Source: Planctomycetota bacterium (lineage in GTDB: Bacteria; Planctomycetota; UBA1135; UBA2386). Taken from it: a stretch of DNA of 64,000 bases. A model generated the notes under the pieces. That model was not told the origin of the DNA and searched no databases. It worked only from the letters and a program-made list of their open reading frames with translations. Shown one piece after another: positions 28,044 to 37,515 of the stretch; within the stretch, counting starts at the first letter, position 1, and every line of letters starts with the position of its first letter. A program made the translations under genes and the position numbers. Where the stretch lies: positions 11,351-75,350 of the forward strand of contig JAEUHS010000055.1 of NCBI GenBank assembly GCA_016794035.1, in the 5' to 3' direction.

Positions 28044-28337
28044 TCATTCCTCGCCGAAGTTGGCGACGACCAGTTCGGTCAGCGCCCGCAGCAGTCCGTC
28101 GGCGTCCGGGCCTTCGGCCACCAGCTCCAGCTCGGTGCCGCGCTCGGCGGCGAGCATCATCATGCCCATGATCGACTTGCCGTCGACGCGCTCGGCGTCG
28201 TCGATGCGACCGACCTGCAGCTTCGACGCGTAGGCGTTCGCGGTCTGCACGAACAGGTGGGCCGGACGGGCGTGCAGCCCGTGGCGGTTCGTCAGCGTGA
28301 TGCGAGCGGTTCTCGGTTCCCAGTCGGACACGGTCAC
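28044..28337 (-). CDS. ptsH: Phosphocarrier protein HPr/NPr
   Basis: ITLTNRHGLHARPAHLFVQTANAYASKLQVGRIDDAERVDGKSIMGMMMLAAERGTELELVAEG contains the active-site His motif. The GTG start at 28337 overlaps the ptsN stop (GTGA). Confidence 0.85.
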   Translation of the reverse strand: MTVSDWEPRTARITLTNRHGLHARPAHLFVQTANAYASKLQVGRIDDAERVDGKSIMGMMMLAAERGTELELVAEGPDADGLLRALTELVVANFGEE

Positions 28338-28798
28338 ACCTTCGGCTGCATCTCGCGCAGCAGGTCGCGCATCGCCCCCTGGTCCTTCGCGTCGAGCAGG
28401 AACCGCCGGAAGTCGGCGTTGCGCGCCAGGGTTGCGATCCAGCGCAGGCACTGCAGGTGCAGCTCGGGCTCGTCGGCTGGCGACACCAGCAGGAACAGGA
28501 TGTGCACGGGCCGACCGTCGATGGCGTGCCATTCGATCCCCTTGCGGGAGCGCGCCAGCACCAGCACGACGCGGTCGACGCCCTCGCTCTTGACGTGCGG
28601 GACGGCGACTCCGTTGCCGAGTCCGGTGCTGCCCATCGCCTCGCGATCGAGCATGCGCTTGTGCAGGCCCTTCTGGACCTTGGCGCCGAACACGCCCAGC
28701 GCCTGGGCGGCGGCGAGCAGTTCCTTCAGGGCGCCGTCCTTGTTCGTGGCCACCAGTTCGGCCACGAGCGCCGCGCTGTCGACGAGCTGTCCGATCAT
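28334..28798 (-). CDS. ptsN: PTS IIA-like nitrogen regulatory protein PtsN
   Basis: REAMGSTGLGNGVAVPHVKSEGVDRVVLVLARS is a IIA(Ntr/Fru) signature. ATG verified at 28798. Confidence 0.85.
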   Translation of the reverse strand: MIGQLVDSAALVAELVATNKDGALKELLAAAQALGVFGAKVQKGLHKRMLDREAMGSTGLGNGVAVPHVKSEGVDRVVLVLARSRKGIEWHAIDGRPVHILFLLVSPADEPELHLQCLRWIATLARNADFRRFLLDAKDQGAMRDLLREMQPKV

Positions 28799-28868
28799 GG
28801 CCGGCAGTGTCGGGAAACCGCGGCCGACAAGCAATCGTCGTGCGATGCCGGCTGGTCGCCGGCATGGC

Positions 28869-29300
28869 TCACCCGCGCAGCGTACGGCGCACGGCCTGCT
28901 CGTAGGTCTCCTCGTCATCGGCCGTTCCGGCCTTGCCGCGGCGGCGCGCCGGCTTCGTGGTCCCGTTGCGCACGGCCTTGCCGTCCGGGACCTTGTGGTT
29001 CTTCTTCTTGTCCTTCAGCTTGCGCAGCTGCGCCTCCATCTTGTCGACCAGCAGGTCGATCGTCGCCGAGAACGAGGTGCCGCGGTCGCTGCAGACCAGC
29101 GGCGCACCGCGGCGCTGGTGCACGATCAACTCCACCTCCGGGTTCTTGTGCACGTGGTCGGCGACCACCTCGATGCGGACCAGCCGGTCCTCGAAGCGCG
29201 CCAGGCGCGCGAGCTTGCGCGCTGCGTGGGCCTGCATGCGCTCCGTGATGTGGTCATGGCGGCCCTTGAACTCGATCGTCACTGCACTGTCGCCTGTCAT
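28869..29300 (-). CDS. hpf: Ribosome hibernation promoting factor / RaiA family
   Basis: VTIEFKGRHDHITERMQAHAARKLARLARFEDRLVRIEVVADHV is the sigma54-modulation-protein fold. A basic tail follows. Confidence 0.85.
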   Translation of the reverse strand: MTGDSAVTIEFKGRHDHITERMQAHAARKLARLARFEDRLVRIEVVADHVHKNPEVELIVHQRRGAPLVCSDRGTSFSATIDLLVDKMEAQLRKLKDKKKNHKVPDGKAVRNGTTKPARRRGKAGTADDEETYEQAVRRTLRG

Positions 29301-29361
29301 CGATTCACCTGTCGTTGCCTGTTGCTGCGGCTGCGGGCCAGCAGACCGGCATCGTCGCCGA

Positions 29362-29377
29362 GGCGCAAGCTTGCGCC
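29362..29377. repeat. Perfect 16-bp palindrome ggcgcaagcttgcgcc in the murB-hpf spacer
   Basis: Read directly from the sequence. It is flanked by cgtcg/cgacg, which extends the hairpin. It lies about 60 nt upstream of the hpf ATG. Confidence 0.8.
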
Positions 29378-29469
29378 CGACGAAGCTGCGCACGCCGATC
29401 CGACACCGGCCGGCGGAACAGCGCTGCCGGCGCGACCGGGCCCGATCCGCACCGCGAACGCGGCCGCGC

Positions 29470-30366
29470 TCAGAATCCCCAGAACTTGACTTCGGGCTCC
29501 AGCTCGACGCCGCTCTCGGCGCGCACCCGCCGCTGCACCTCGTGCATCAGGGCCAGGAACTCGGCCGCCGAGCCGGCGCCGTGGTGCACGAAGTAGTTCG
29601 CGTGCAGGCCGCTGACCTCGAGACCGCCGATGCGCAGCGTCTTGCAGCCGGCCGCCTCGATCAGACGACCAGCGGCATCGCCGGCCGGATTGCGGAACAC
29701 ACAGCCGACGCTGCGCTGGCTGACCGGCTGGGTCGCGTTGCGCTTCTTCAACGAGGTCGAGAAGCGCTCGAAGATCGCCTTGGGGTCGTCGGGCTCGAGC
29801 TGGAACGTGGCCTGCACCGCGATCGCGCCGCGCAGGCGTCCGTCGCGGTAGGTGGCGTCGAAGCGATCGCGGCCACGCACCTCGATCGAGCCGTCGGTCT
29901 CGACCAGGGTCAGGGACACGAGGCGATCGAACGTCTCGCCGTCGCGCGTGCCCGCGTTCATCGCCACGGCACCGCCGACGACCGCGGGGATGCCCGTCAG
30001 GCGCTCGAGCCCCGCCAGCCCGACGTCCTTGGTCGCGCGCAGCAGGCTCGGCAGCGTGACGCCGGCCCCGGCGGTGATGCGCGCGTCGTCGCGCACGATG
30101 CGGTTGAGGCTGGCCAGCGACAGCACGACGCCGCGCACGCCGCCGTCGGCGACGACGATGTTGCTGCCGCCGCCGAGCACGCGCAGGGGCACGTCGAGTT
30201 CGCGGCACACGCGGACCGCGAGCGCGACGTCCTCTTCGGCGTAGGGCTCGAGGAACCAGTCGGCCGGGCCGCCGATGCGCAGATGCGTCAGCGGCGCCAG
30301 CGGCACGTTCTGGCGCACGGCTCCGCGCATGCCGGACAGCGCGCTGCGCAGGTCAGAGTCCCGCAA
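29470..30366 (-). CDS. murB: UDP-N-acetylenolpyruvoylglucosamine reductase
   Basis: PLAPLTHLRIGGPADWFLEP...LGGGSNIVVADGG...GCVFRNP matches MurB. Confidence 0.93.
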   Translation of the reverse strand: MRDSDLRSALSGMRGAVRQNVPLAPLTHLRIGGPADWFLEPYAEEDVALAVRVCRELDVPLRVLGGGSNIVVADGGVRGVVLSLASLNRIVRDDARITAGAGVTLPSLLRATKDVGLAGLERLTGIPAVVGGAVAMNAGTRDGETFDRLVSLTLVETDGSIEVRGRDRFDATYRDGRLRGAIAVQATFQLEPDDPKAIFERFSTSLKKRNATQPVSQRSVGCVFRNPAGDAAGRLIEAAGCKTLRIGGLEVSGLHANYFVHHGAGSAAEFLALMHEVQRRVRAESGVELEPEVKFWGF

Positions 30367-31804
30367 CGATGCCCCCCACCGCCCGGTCGATGTCGCCGGC
30401 CCCCAGCAGCAGCACGATGTCGTCGCGCGTGCGGGCGGTCCGGACCGCCTCCGGCACCGCCGCCACGGCGCCGGCGGCGACGCACGAACCGCCGAGCGCG
30501 CACACCGCCTGCACGAGATCGGCGGACGACACCGACGCCTTCATCTCGGCGCTCTCCCGCGCGCCGTAGATGTCGACCACCAGCACATGGTCGGCGGCGG
30601 CCAGCGCCTCGGCGAATTCCGACAGCAGGCACAGCGTACGTTGGAACTGGTGCGGCTGGAACACCACCAGCAGCCGACGCCCCGGAAAGCGCCGGCGCGC
30701 GGTGTGCAGCACGGCGCGGATCTCGGCCGGATGATGGGCGTAGTCGTTGACCAGCAGGCCGCCGCCGGGACCCGTGTGCATCTCGAATCGCCGGCGCACG
30801 CCGGTGAAGCCGGCCATGCCGCGGCAGGCGCCGTCGAGGTCGGCGCCGGCGACGTGGGCGAGCCCGAGCGCGAATAGCGCGTTCTGCATGTTGTGGCGGC
30901 CGGAGATCGACAGCTGCAGGCGTTCGAGACGACGGCCCAGGATGACCGGCACGAACGAGAACTGTCCCAGCTGCTCACTGACCTCGACCGCGCGGATGTC
31001 CGCCCACAGGCCCGAACCGACGGTCAGGATGCGCACGTCGTTGCGCAGGCTGCTCAGCACGGCCTTGGGCACCGCCTCCTCGACCAGCGCCGTGCCGCCG
31101 GGCCGCACCCGCGCCAGGTAGCCGGCGAAGGCGTCGACCAGTTCGTCGGTCGACGGGTAGCAGTCGAAGTGGTCGCGGTCGACGTTCAGGATCGCGGCGC
31201 CGAACGGCCGCAGGTTGTGGAAGCTGCGGTTGAACTCGCAGGCCTCGACGACGAACTCGGGACTCTGGCCGCCGTGGCCGTTGCCACCCAGCTGCGGCGC
31301 CTCGCCGCCGATCAGGTGCGACGGATCGAGCCCGGCGCCACGCAGCGCGCTGACCAGGAGACCGGTCGTCGTCGTCTTGCCGTGCGTGCCGGCGATCGCC
31401 AGCGTGCGCCGGCCCTCGCTGAGCCGGCCCACGGCCTCGGCGTAGAGCAGCGACGTGAACCCGCGCCGCACGCATTCCTGCACCTCGGCGTCGTTGGGCG
31501 GCACGGCCGCGCTGCGGATCACGTAGCCGTCCTGGCCGTCGATGCGCGACGGCTGGCAGCCGACCCACACCTCGCAGCCCTCGGCCAGCAACGCGTCGGT
31601 CACCGCGCCGCCGCTCGAGTCGCTACCGGAGACGACGCCGCCGCTGCCGGTCAGCAGGCGGGCGAGTCCGCTCATGCCGGCACCGCCGACCCCGACGAAG
31701 TGGAACCGCCGGCTCGCGAAGCTGGTGTTCGGGATGCCGCCCGCGGCGGCGCTGACGTCGGCCTCGCCGCGGCGGCCGGCGCCGACCGGCTCCTCGTCGA
31801 TCAC
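30353..31804 (-). CDS. murC: UDP-N-acetylmuramate--L-alanine ligase
   Basis: FHFVGVGGAGMSGLARLL...IAGTHGKTTTTGLLV...DYAHHPAEI matches MurC. The GTG start at 31804 overlaps the murG stop (GTGA) and is preceded by GGAGGTG. Confidence 0.92.
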   Translation of the reverse strand: MIDEEPVGAGRRGEADVSAAAGGIPNTSFASRRFHFVGVGGAGMSGLARLLTGSGGVVSGSDSSGGAVTDALLAEGCEVWVGCQPSRIDGQDGYVIRSAAVPPNDAEVQECVRRGFTSLLYAEAVGRLSEGRRTLAIAGTHGKTTTTGLLVSALRGAGLDPSHLIGGEAPQLGGNGHGGQSPEFVVEACEFNRSFHNLRPFGAAILNVDRDHFDCYPSTDELVDAFAGYLARVRPGGTALVEEAVPKAVLSSLRNDVRILTVGSGLWADIRAVEVSEQLGQFSFVPVILGRRLERLQLSISGRHNMQNALFALGLAHVAGADLDGACRGMAGFTGVRRRFEMHTGPGGGLLVNDYAHHPAEIRAVLHTARRRFPGRRLLVVFQPHQFQRTLCLLSEFAEALAAADHVLVVDIYGARESAEMKASVSSADLVQAVCALGGSCVAAGAVAAVPEAVRTARTRDDIVLLLGAGDIDRAVGGIVAGL

Positions 31805-32919
31805 GATCCACCTCCGGCCGGCACGCAGGCCGGGCAGGGTTCGTCGGTCAGTCCCATGTCGCGCAGGATCGCTGCGGCCGGATCGTCGGTGCGCAGCCGG
31901 CGCGCCGCGGTCCCCATCGCCTCGAGCCGCGCCCGATCCGCGAGCAACGCGGCCAGCAGTCCGGTCGCGCCCTCGACCGACAGCTCGGGCTCTGCGACGA
32001 CGATCGCCGCCGAGGCCCGCTGCAGCACCTCCGCGTTGCGCAGCTGCTGCCGGTCGCGGTGGTGCGGATACGGCACGATCACCGCCGCGCGGCCCGCCGC
32101 GGTCAGCTCCGCCACCGTCGTGCCGCCGCCGCGGCAGACCACCAGGTCCGCGGCGCCGAACATGCGATCCATGTCGCTGGCGACGGGGCGGACCTGCGCC
32201 ACGACCCGGCTGTCGGCGCCCGCATAGAGTCGCCGCACGGCCTCGTCGCGGCCCGGCCCGGCGAGGTGCAGCACGTGGACCTGGAACGGCAGGCGGCACA
32301 GCGCCGCCGGCACGATCTCGTTGAGCGGGCGGGCGCCCTGGCTGCCGCCCGTCACGAGCACCACCAGCGCCGACGGCGGCAGACCCAGTTCGGCGCGGCA
32401 GCGCCGGCGATCGATGTGCTGGAACTGCGGCCGCAGCGGCGTGCCGGTCAGCAGCGCGCGCGCACCCAGCCCACCGGGCACCGGCAGACCGTGGTAGATG
32501 CGGCGCGCCATCGGCGACAGCCAGCGATTGACGCGACCGGTCACGGCGTTCTGTTCCAGCAGGAACAGCGGCTTGCCGAGGCTCTTGGCGGCCAGCCCCA
32601 CCGGCAGGCACGGCCGACCGCCGGTGCTGACGACGAAGTCGACCGCGTGCTCGCGCAGCATCGCCCGCGCGGCGACCGTCGCCCGGGCGAGCCAGAACGG
32701 CATGCCCAGGGACGGCAGGCCGCCCCGGCCGGGCGCGGCCGGCAGCCTCGCCTCGGCGACGTCCGGCAGCTCGCGCCGCAGCAACTCGCGCTCGACCTCG
32801 CGGCCCTCGGTCACCAGCATCGCCTCGTGGCCGCACTGCTGCAGCGCGCGCGCGAGCACGAGCGCCGGCATCAGGTGGCCGCCGGTGCCGCCGCTGACCA
32901 GACACACCCGTCGGACCAT
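31801..32919 (-). CDS. murG: Undecaprenyldiphospho-muramoylpentapeptide beta-N-acetylglucosaminyltransferase
   Basis: VCLVSGGTGGHLMPALVLARAL...VTGGSQGARPLN...CRGGGTTVAEL matches MurG. Confidence 0.94.
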   Translation of the reverse strand: MVRRVCLVSGGTGGHLMPALVLARALQQCGHEAMLVTEGREVERELLRRELPDVAEARLPAAPGRGGLPSLGMPFWLARATVAARAMLREHAVDFVVSTGGRPCLPVGLAAKSLGKPLFLLEQNAVTGRVNRWLSPMARRIYHGLPVPGGLGARALLTGTPLRPQFQHIDRRRCRAELGLPPSALVVLVTGGSQGARPLNEIVPAALCRLPFQVHVLHLAGPGRDEAVRRLYAGADSRVVAQVRPVASDMDRMFGAADLVVCRGGGTTVAELTAAGRAAVIVPYPHHRDRQQLRNAEVLQRASAAIVVAEPELSVEGATGLLAALLADRARLEAMGTAARRLRTDDPAAAILRDMGLTDEPCPACVPAGGGS

Positions 32920-32925
32920 CGGGGC

Positions 32926-33687
32926 CTACTGCTTGGGCAGGCGGATCTTCTGGCCGATGCGCAGGCGGGTCGGGTCGATGCCCGGGTTCAGCTCGCGCAG
33001 GTCGGCCACGCGCTTGCGATCGCCGAGCTGGCGCCGGGCGATCGCCTCGAGGGTGTCCCCCTTGCCGATCGTGTAGCTGACGACCGCCTCGGCGACCGGG
33101 CCCGCACCGGCCCGGACACCGGCGTCGGCGACGACCTCGGTCGACGGCGAGAGCTCGGCGCTGCTCGGCAGCACCAGCAGCTGGCCGACCTGCAGCCGCT
33201 CGGGCCGCACGGACGGATTCAGCCGCGCGATCTCGGCGCGCAGCGACGCGCGTCCGAGCTTGTCCTTGGCGATGCTGTCGAACGTGTCGCCGCGCACCAC
33301 CTTGTAGGTCGGTCGCGGCGCGCTCGGCGGCTCGACGGCGGGCGTCTCCTTGCCGGCGGCCTTGGCCGCCGGCGCGTCGGCGCTGCCGCCGCCCGCGTTC
33401 AGCGTGCCGCTGGCGTCGACCGGCTGCGCGTCGCGCGGCGGCGCGACCACGGGACGCGGCGCGGGCTGCAGCAGCACCTGCAGGTTCGGCACCTCGGAAC
33501 CGACGTTCGCCAGCGGCCGCTCGACGTCGTTGCCGCGCGGGTTCGCCGCCGACGAGGCGTTGAGCGTCGTCGCCGGCGCGCGCCGCGACGGCTGCGTACC
33601 CCCGTCGCCCCAGATGGTGACGCCGAGGATCAGGAAGATCACGAGACACAGAACGTAGAGGCCGTACTTTTCGAGCTGGCCCATCAC
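32926..33687 (-). CDS. Membrane-anchored protein with two LysM domains, embedded in the dcw cluster
   Basis: N-terminal TM helix GLYVLCLVIFLILGVTIW. LysM 1 is YKVVRGDTFDSIAKDKLG...LQVGQLLVLP. LysM 2 is YTIGKGDTLEAIARRQLG...LRIGQKIRLP. Confidence 0.85.
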   Translation of the reverse strand: MMGQLEKYGLYVLCLVIFLILGVTIWGDGGTQPSRRAPATTLNASSAANPRGNDVERPLANVGSEVPNLQVLLQPAPRPVVAPPRDAQPVDASGTLNAGGGSADAPAAKAAGKETPAVEPPSAPRPTYKVVRGDTFDSIAKDKLGRASLRAEIARLNPSVRPERLQVGQLLVLPSSAELSPSTEVVADAGVRAGAGPVAEAVVSYTIGKGDTLEAIARRQLGDRKRVADLRELNPGIDPTRLRIGQKIRLPKQ

Positions 33688-33745
33688 ACCCTCCCAGGTT
33701 GATCGGAAACCGGATTGTTTGACCGCGTCGCAGCGACCGGACCGG

Positions 33746-34894
33746 TCACTGCGAAACCACCGCCGACGAGAACTCGCCCGAACGATCCGTTCGCGCGGCG
33801 TTGCCGATCAGGCCGACCGCCGCGAGACAGAACATCAGGCTCGTGCCGCCCGTGCTGACGAACGGCAGGTCGATGCCCTTCGCTGGAGCCCACCCGCTGA
33901 CCACGAGCAGATTCGCAGCTGCCTGCATGCAGACCATCAGAGCGTAACCGCAGACCACATAGCGAAGGAACGGGTCTTTCACTTTGCAGACGAGACGATA
34001 GCAGACGTAGCCGAAGGCCGTGAACGCGACGAGCACGAACAGCGAGCCGACGAAGCCGAGCTCCTCGGCGACGATCGCGAACACGAAGTCGTTGTGCGCC
34101 TCCGGCACGTAGTTCATCTTCATCCAGCCCTGCCCGAGGCCGCGGCCGAACAGGCCGCCCGAGCCGACCGCGATCAGGCCGAGCCCGACCTGCGAATCGG
34201 GTCGCGTGGCGAGGAAATCCGTCAGGCGACCGCGCACGTAGTCGTGCTGCACCGCGGCGAGCGCGAAGCCGCCGAGGCCGAGCAGCGCGAACGGCAGGAA
34301 GTGCAGGACGCGCACGCCGGCGACCAGGGCGATGCAGCTCGCCAGCCCGAGCACCAGCAACGCGTTGCCGTGGTCGGGCTGCGCCAGCAGCGCCCCCACC
34401 AGCAGCACCGCGCAGCCCATCGCCGGCACGAAGCCGCGGCGGAAGCTGCGCAGGCCCTGGCCGGCGCGCGCCAGGATCCAGGAGATCGCCAGCACCAGGA
34501 AGAAGCGCGCCGGCTCGACCGGCTGGAACTGGATCGTGCCGATGCGGATCCAGCGATAGGCGCCCTTGACGGGCTCGCCGATCAAGGGCACCAGCAGGCA
34601 GGCGATCGTCGCCAGCAGGAACGCCGGCATCGCCACGCGGCGCACCAGCGACATCGGCAGCAGCGCCGCCAGCAGGAACGCGACCAGGCCGGCCAGCAGC
34701 TTGACGCCCTGCTGCTTCATCACGTCGAACGGGCTGACGCCGAGCTGCGAGCCGCGCACCGACACCGCCATCACCAGACCGAGGCAGCACAGCGCCACGG
34801 TGACCAGCATCAGCCAGTCGAGTTCGCGCAGGTGCACGCCCGCCTGCTCGCGGAGCCGACTGCGGTTCTTCGGGGCCACGGCCACGTTCGTCAT
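33746..34894 (-). CDS. ftsW: Peptidoglycan glycosyltransferase FtsW (SEDS family)
   Basis: RWIRIGTIQFQPVEPARFFLVL...PEAHNDFVFAIVAEELGFVG...PFVSTGGTSL matches FtsW. ATG at 34894 overlaps the mraY stop by 1 nt. Confidence 0.92.
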   Translation of the reverse strand: MTNVAVAPKNRSRLREQAGVHLRELDWLMLVTVALCCLGLVMAVSVRGSQLGVSPFDVMKQQGVKLLAGLVAFLLAALLPMSLVRRVAMPAFLLATIACLLVPLIGEPVKGAYRWIRIGTIQFQPVEPARFFLVLAISWILARAGQGLRSFRRGFVPAMGCAVLLVGALLAQPDHGNALLVLGLASCIALVAGVRVLHFLPFALLGLGGFALAAVQHDYVRGRLTDFLATRPDSQVGLGLIAVGSGGLFGRGLGQGWMKMNYVPEAHNDFVFAIVAEELGFVGSLFVLVAFTAFGYVCYRLVCKVKDPFLRYVVCGYALMVCMQAAANLLVVSGWAPAKGIDLPFVSTGGTSLMFCLAAVGLIGNAARTDRSGEFSSAVVSQ

Positions 34895-36012
34895 CAGCGC
34901 ACCTTGAACAGAGCGAGACTGCACAGGGCCAGCAGCGCCGAGACGACCCAGGTGCGCACGACGACGCGGGTCTCGGGCATGCCGCCGAACTGGAAGTGAT
35001 GGTGCAGCGGCGCGCAGCGGAACACGCGCTTGCCGCGCAGCTTGAACGACGCCACCTGGACGATCACCGACAGCGCCTCGACGACGAACACGCCGCCGAC
35101 GACCAGCAGCACCAGTTCGGTGCGGCTGACCAGCGCCGCGTAGCCGAGCGCGCCGCCGAGCCCCAGGCTGCCGACGTCGCCCATGAACACCATCGCCGGG
35201 GCCGCGTTGAACCACAGGAAGCCGAGCGCGCCGCCGAGCAGCGCCCCCATCAGCACCGCCATCTCGCCGGCGCCGGCGACGTGCGGCACCAGCAGGTAGG
35301 CCGACCAGTCGACGCGCCCGACGGCGTAGGTGATCACCGCATAGGCGATCGCCGCGGTGATGATGCAGCCGGTGGCCAGCCCGTCGAGGCCGTCGGTCAG
35401 GTTCACCGCGTTCGCCGAACCGGTCAGCACCAGCACCGCGAGCACCAGGAACGGGACGCCGAACGCGACCGCGAGGTCGACGGACACGTCCTTGAGGAAC
35501 GGGATGTAGAGGTGCGGTCCGCCGATCGACTCCTGCAGGCCGGCCGGCACGAGCAGCCACAGCGCGACCAGCAGCGCCAGGATCGTCAGCGCGCCCTGCT
35601 TCTCACGCTTGCCGATGCCGCGCTTGCTGCCGTCGTGCAGCTTGACCCAGTCGTCCCAGAACCCGACCGCGGCGAAGCCGCCGATCAGCACGATGCCGGG
35701 CCACGAGAAGCGGTTGCCGCCGTCGAAGCGCAGCCAGCACAGCGACGCGACCAGGATCGCCGCGACCACGAACACGCCGCCCATCGTCGGCGTGCCCTGC
35801 TTGTGCGCGTGCAGCTCTTCGAGTCGCTGCGAACCGGTGCCGTCGACCCGTTCGCCGACGCCGAGCCGCCGCAGCCAGCGGATCACGCGCGGGCCGAGCA
35901 GGATCGCCAACAGGAACGCGGTCACGGCCGCACCGGCGGTCCGGAAGGAGATGTAGCCGAGCAGACGGCACATGTCCTCCGACAGGATCCAGGGTGCGAG
36001 CCAGTGGAACAT
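34894..36012 (-). CDS. mraY: Phospho-N-acetylmuramoyl-pentapeptide transferase
   Basis: HAHKQGTPTMGG...NAVNLTDGLDGLA...APLHHHF matches MraY. Confidence 0.95.
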   Translation of the reverse strand: MFHWLAPWILSEDMCRLLGYISFRTAGAAVTAFLLAILLGPRVIRWLRRLGVGERVDGTGSQRLEELHAHKQGTPTMGGVFVVAAILVASLCWLRFDGGNRFSWPGIVLIGGFAAVGFWDDWVKLHDGSKRGIGKREKQGALTILALLVALWLLVPAGLQESIGGPHLYIPFLKDVSVDLAVAFGVPFLVLAVLVLTGSANAVNLTDGLDGLATGCIITAAIAYAVITYAVGRVDWSAYLLVPHVAGAGEMAVLMGALLGGALGFLWFNAAPAMVFMGDVGSLGLGGALGYAALVSRTELVLLVVGGVFVVEALSVIVQVASFKLRGKRVFRCAPLHHHFQFGGMPETRVVVRTWVVSALLALCSLALFKVR

Positions 36013-36015
36013 CGC

Positions 36016-37515
36016 TCAGTCGTGCTCCAGCGCGCCGGCGTCGGCTGGCACCGAGGCGAGCAGGTGTGCCTGCAGCCGATCGACCAGGCGGTCGAGGCCG
36101 ATGCGACGCGACGCCTTGCACAGCACGCGGTCGCCGGGTCGCAGCAGCGACCGCAGCAGGTCGAAGGCAGCGTTGCCGTCGGCGACGCGGTGCACGCAGC
36201 GACCGTTCATGCCCGCCGCCAGCGCACCGTCGGCGATGTGGCCGGCGCCCTCGCCGATGCACAGCAGCAGGTCCTGCCGCGTGCGCACCACTTCGGCACC
36301 GAGCGCCTCGTGCAGCTCGCGGCTCTGCACGCCGAGCTCCAGCATCTCGCCGAACACGACCAGGCGGCGACCGGGATCGCCGGCGTGCGCCTGCAGACCG
36401 GCGACGGCCTGCAACGCCGCGCGCGCCGACTGCGGGTTCATGTTGTAGGTGTCGTCGAAGATCATGACGCCCGCCGCGCACTTGGGTTCGAGCCGCCGTG
36501 CGGCCGACGGCACCGCGGCGAGCGTGCGCAGCACGTCCTCCTCGGCGACGCCGAGGTGGCAGGCCGCGGCGATCACCGCCAGCGCGTTGTAGACGTTGTG
36601 CGTGCCGAGGCGCGGCAGCGTCACCGGCCGTTCGCCCTGCAGCAGGAACGTGGTGCCGAGCGCGTGGAAGCGCACGTCGGTCGCGAACCAGTCGGTCTGG
36701 CGCGTGACACTGGTGAACTGCACCCTGGCGCGCGTGTGTTCGGCCATCGCCCGGCACGACGCGTCGTCGCCGTTGAGGATGCAGAGGCCGTCCTCGGGCA
36801 GGCCGGCCGGCAGCGCCGACTTCTCGCGCAGCACGCCCTCGAGCGAACCGAGCCCCTCGAGATGCGCCGGGGCGATGCAGGTGACGATGCCGATGTCCGG
36901 ACGCGCGACGCCGGTCAGCTGGGCGATCTCGCCGGGCGCGTTGGTGCCGATCTCGACCACGGCCGCGCGCGTCTTCGGATCGATCGCGAACAGCGTCAGC
37001 GGCACTCCGACCTGGTTGTTGAACGACGCGGGCGAACGCACGGTCGGCATCGACGCCGCCAGCACCGCGCCGAGCCAGTCCTTGGTCGAGGTCTTGCCGC
37101 AGGAGCCGGTGATGCCGACCACGCGCGCCCGATGGCGACGGCGATGTTCGCCGGCGAGGTCGAGCAGCGCCCTGCCGGTGTCGGGCACGCGCACGACGAA
37201 CGCCGGGTGCAGGCGGTCGATCGCCGCCGCGGCGTCGGCCTGCCGATCGATCAGCAGTCCGGCGGCGCCGCGCTGCAGCGCGTCGGCGCAATAGCGGTGG
37301 CCGTCGTGGTTCGGCCCGCGCAGGGCGACGAACAGGCGGCCGTCGCAGTCGCCGCGCGAGTCCGTGGTGACCGTCGCCGCGGCGGTGCCGCGCGCCAGGA
37401 CCTCGCCGCCGGTGACGCGCGCGACCGCCGCGGCGGTCAACCACGATCCCCGCGCCGGGCGGCCGCGGCGGGCGCCGCCGCCGCCGTCCGTGCGATCGGG
37501 AGAACGACGACTCAT
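36016..37515 (-). CDS. murF: UDP-N-acetylmuramoyl-tripeptide--D-alanyl-D-alanine ligase
   Basis: VVGITGSCGKTSTKDW...DDTYNMNPQSARAAL matches MurF. ATG at 37515 overlaps the murE stop (ATGA). A start at 37527 is also possible. Confidence 0.92.
   Translation of the reverse strand: MSRRSPDRTDGGGGARRGRPARGSWLTAAAVARVTGGEVLARGTAAATVTTDSRGDCDGRLFVALRGPNHDGHRYCADALQRGAAGLLIDRQADAAAAIDRLHPAFVVRVPDTGRALLDLAGEHRRRHRARVVGITGSCGKTSTKDWLGAVLAASMPTVRSPASFNNQVGVPLTLFAIDPKTRAAVVEIGTNAPGEIAQLTGVARPDIGIVTCIAPAHLEGLGSLEGVLREKSALPAGLPEDGLCILNGDDASCRAMAEHTRARVQFTSVTRQTDWFATDVRFHALGTTFLLQGERPVTLPRLGTHNVYNALAVIAAACHLGVAEEDVLRTLAAVPSAARRLEPKCAAGVMIFDDTYNMNPQSARAALQAVAGLQAHAGDPGRRLVVFGEMLELGVQSRELHEALGAEVVRTRQDLLLCIGEGAGHIADGALAAGMNGRCVHRVADGNAAFDLLRSLLRPGDRVLCKASRRIGLDRLVDRLQAHLLASVPADAGALEHD

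Noticed and set aside
27820-28233. 137-aa plus-strand ORF in the pilM-ptsH gap
   Set aside because: It is Ser/Ala/Pro/Arg-rich and runs antisense into ptsH. The gap is better explained as the pilM promoter and leader, with AAGGAG 8 nt upstream of the pilM ATG.
29355-29380. Sigma54 (-24/-12) promoter within the palindrome upstream of hpf
   Set aside because: The GG and TTGC elements are present, but their spacing is one nucleotide off the TGGCAC-N5-TTGC consensus in either orientation.
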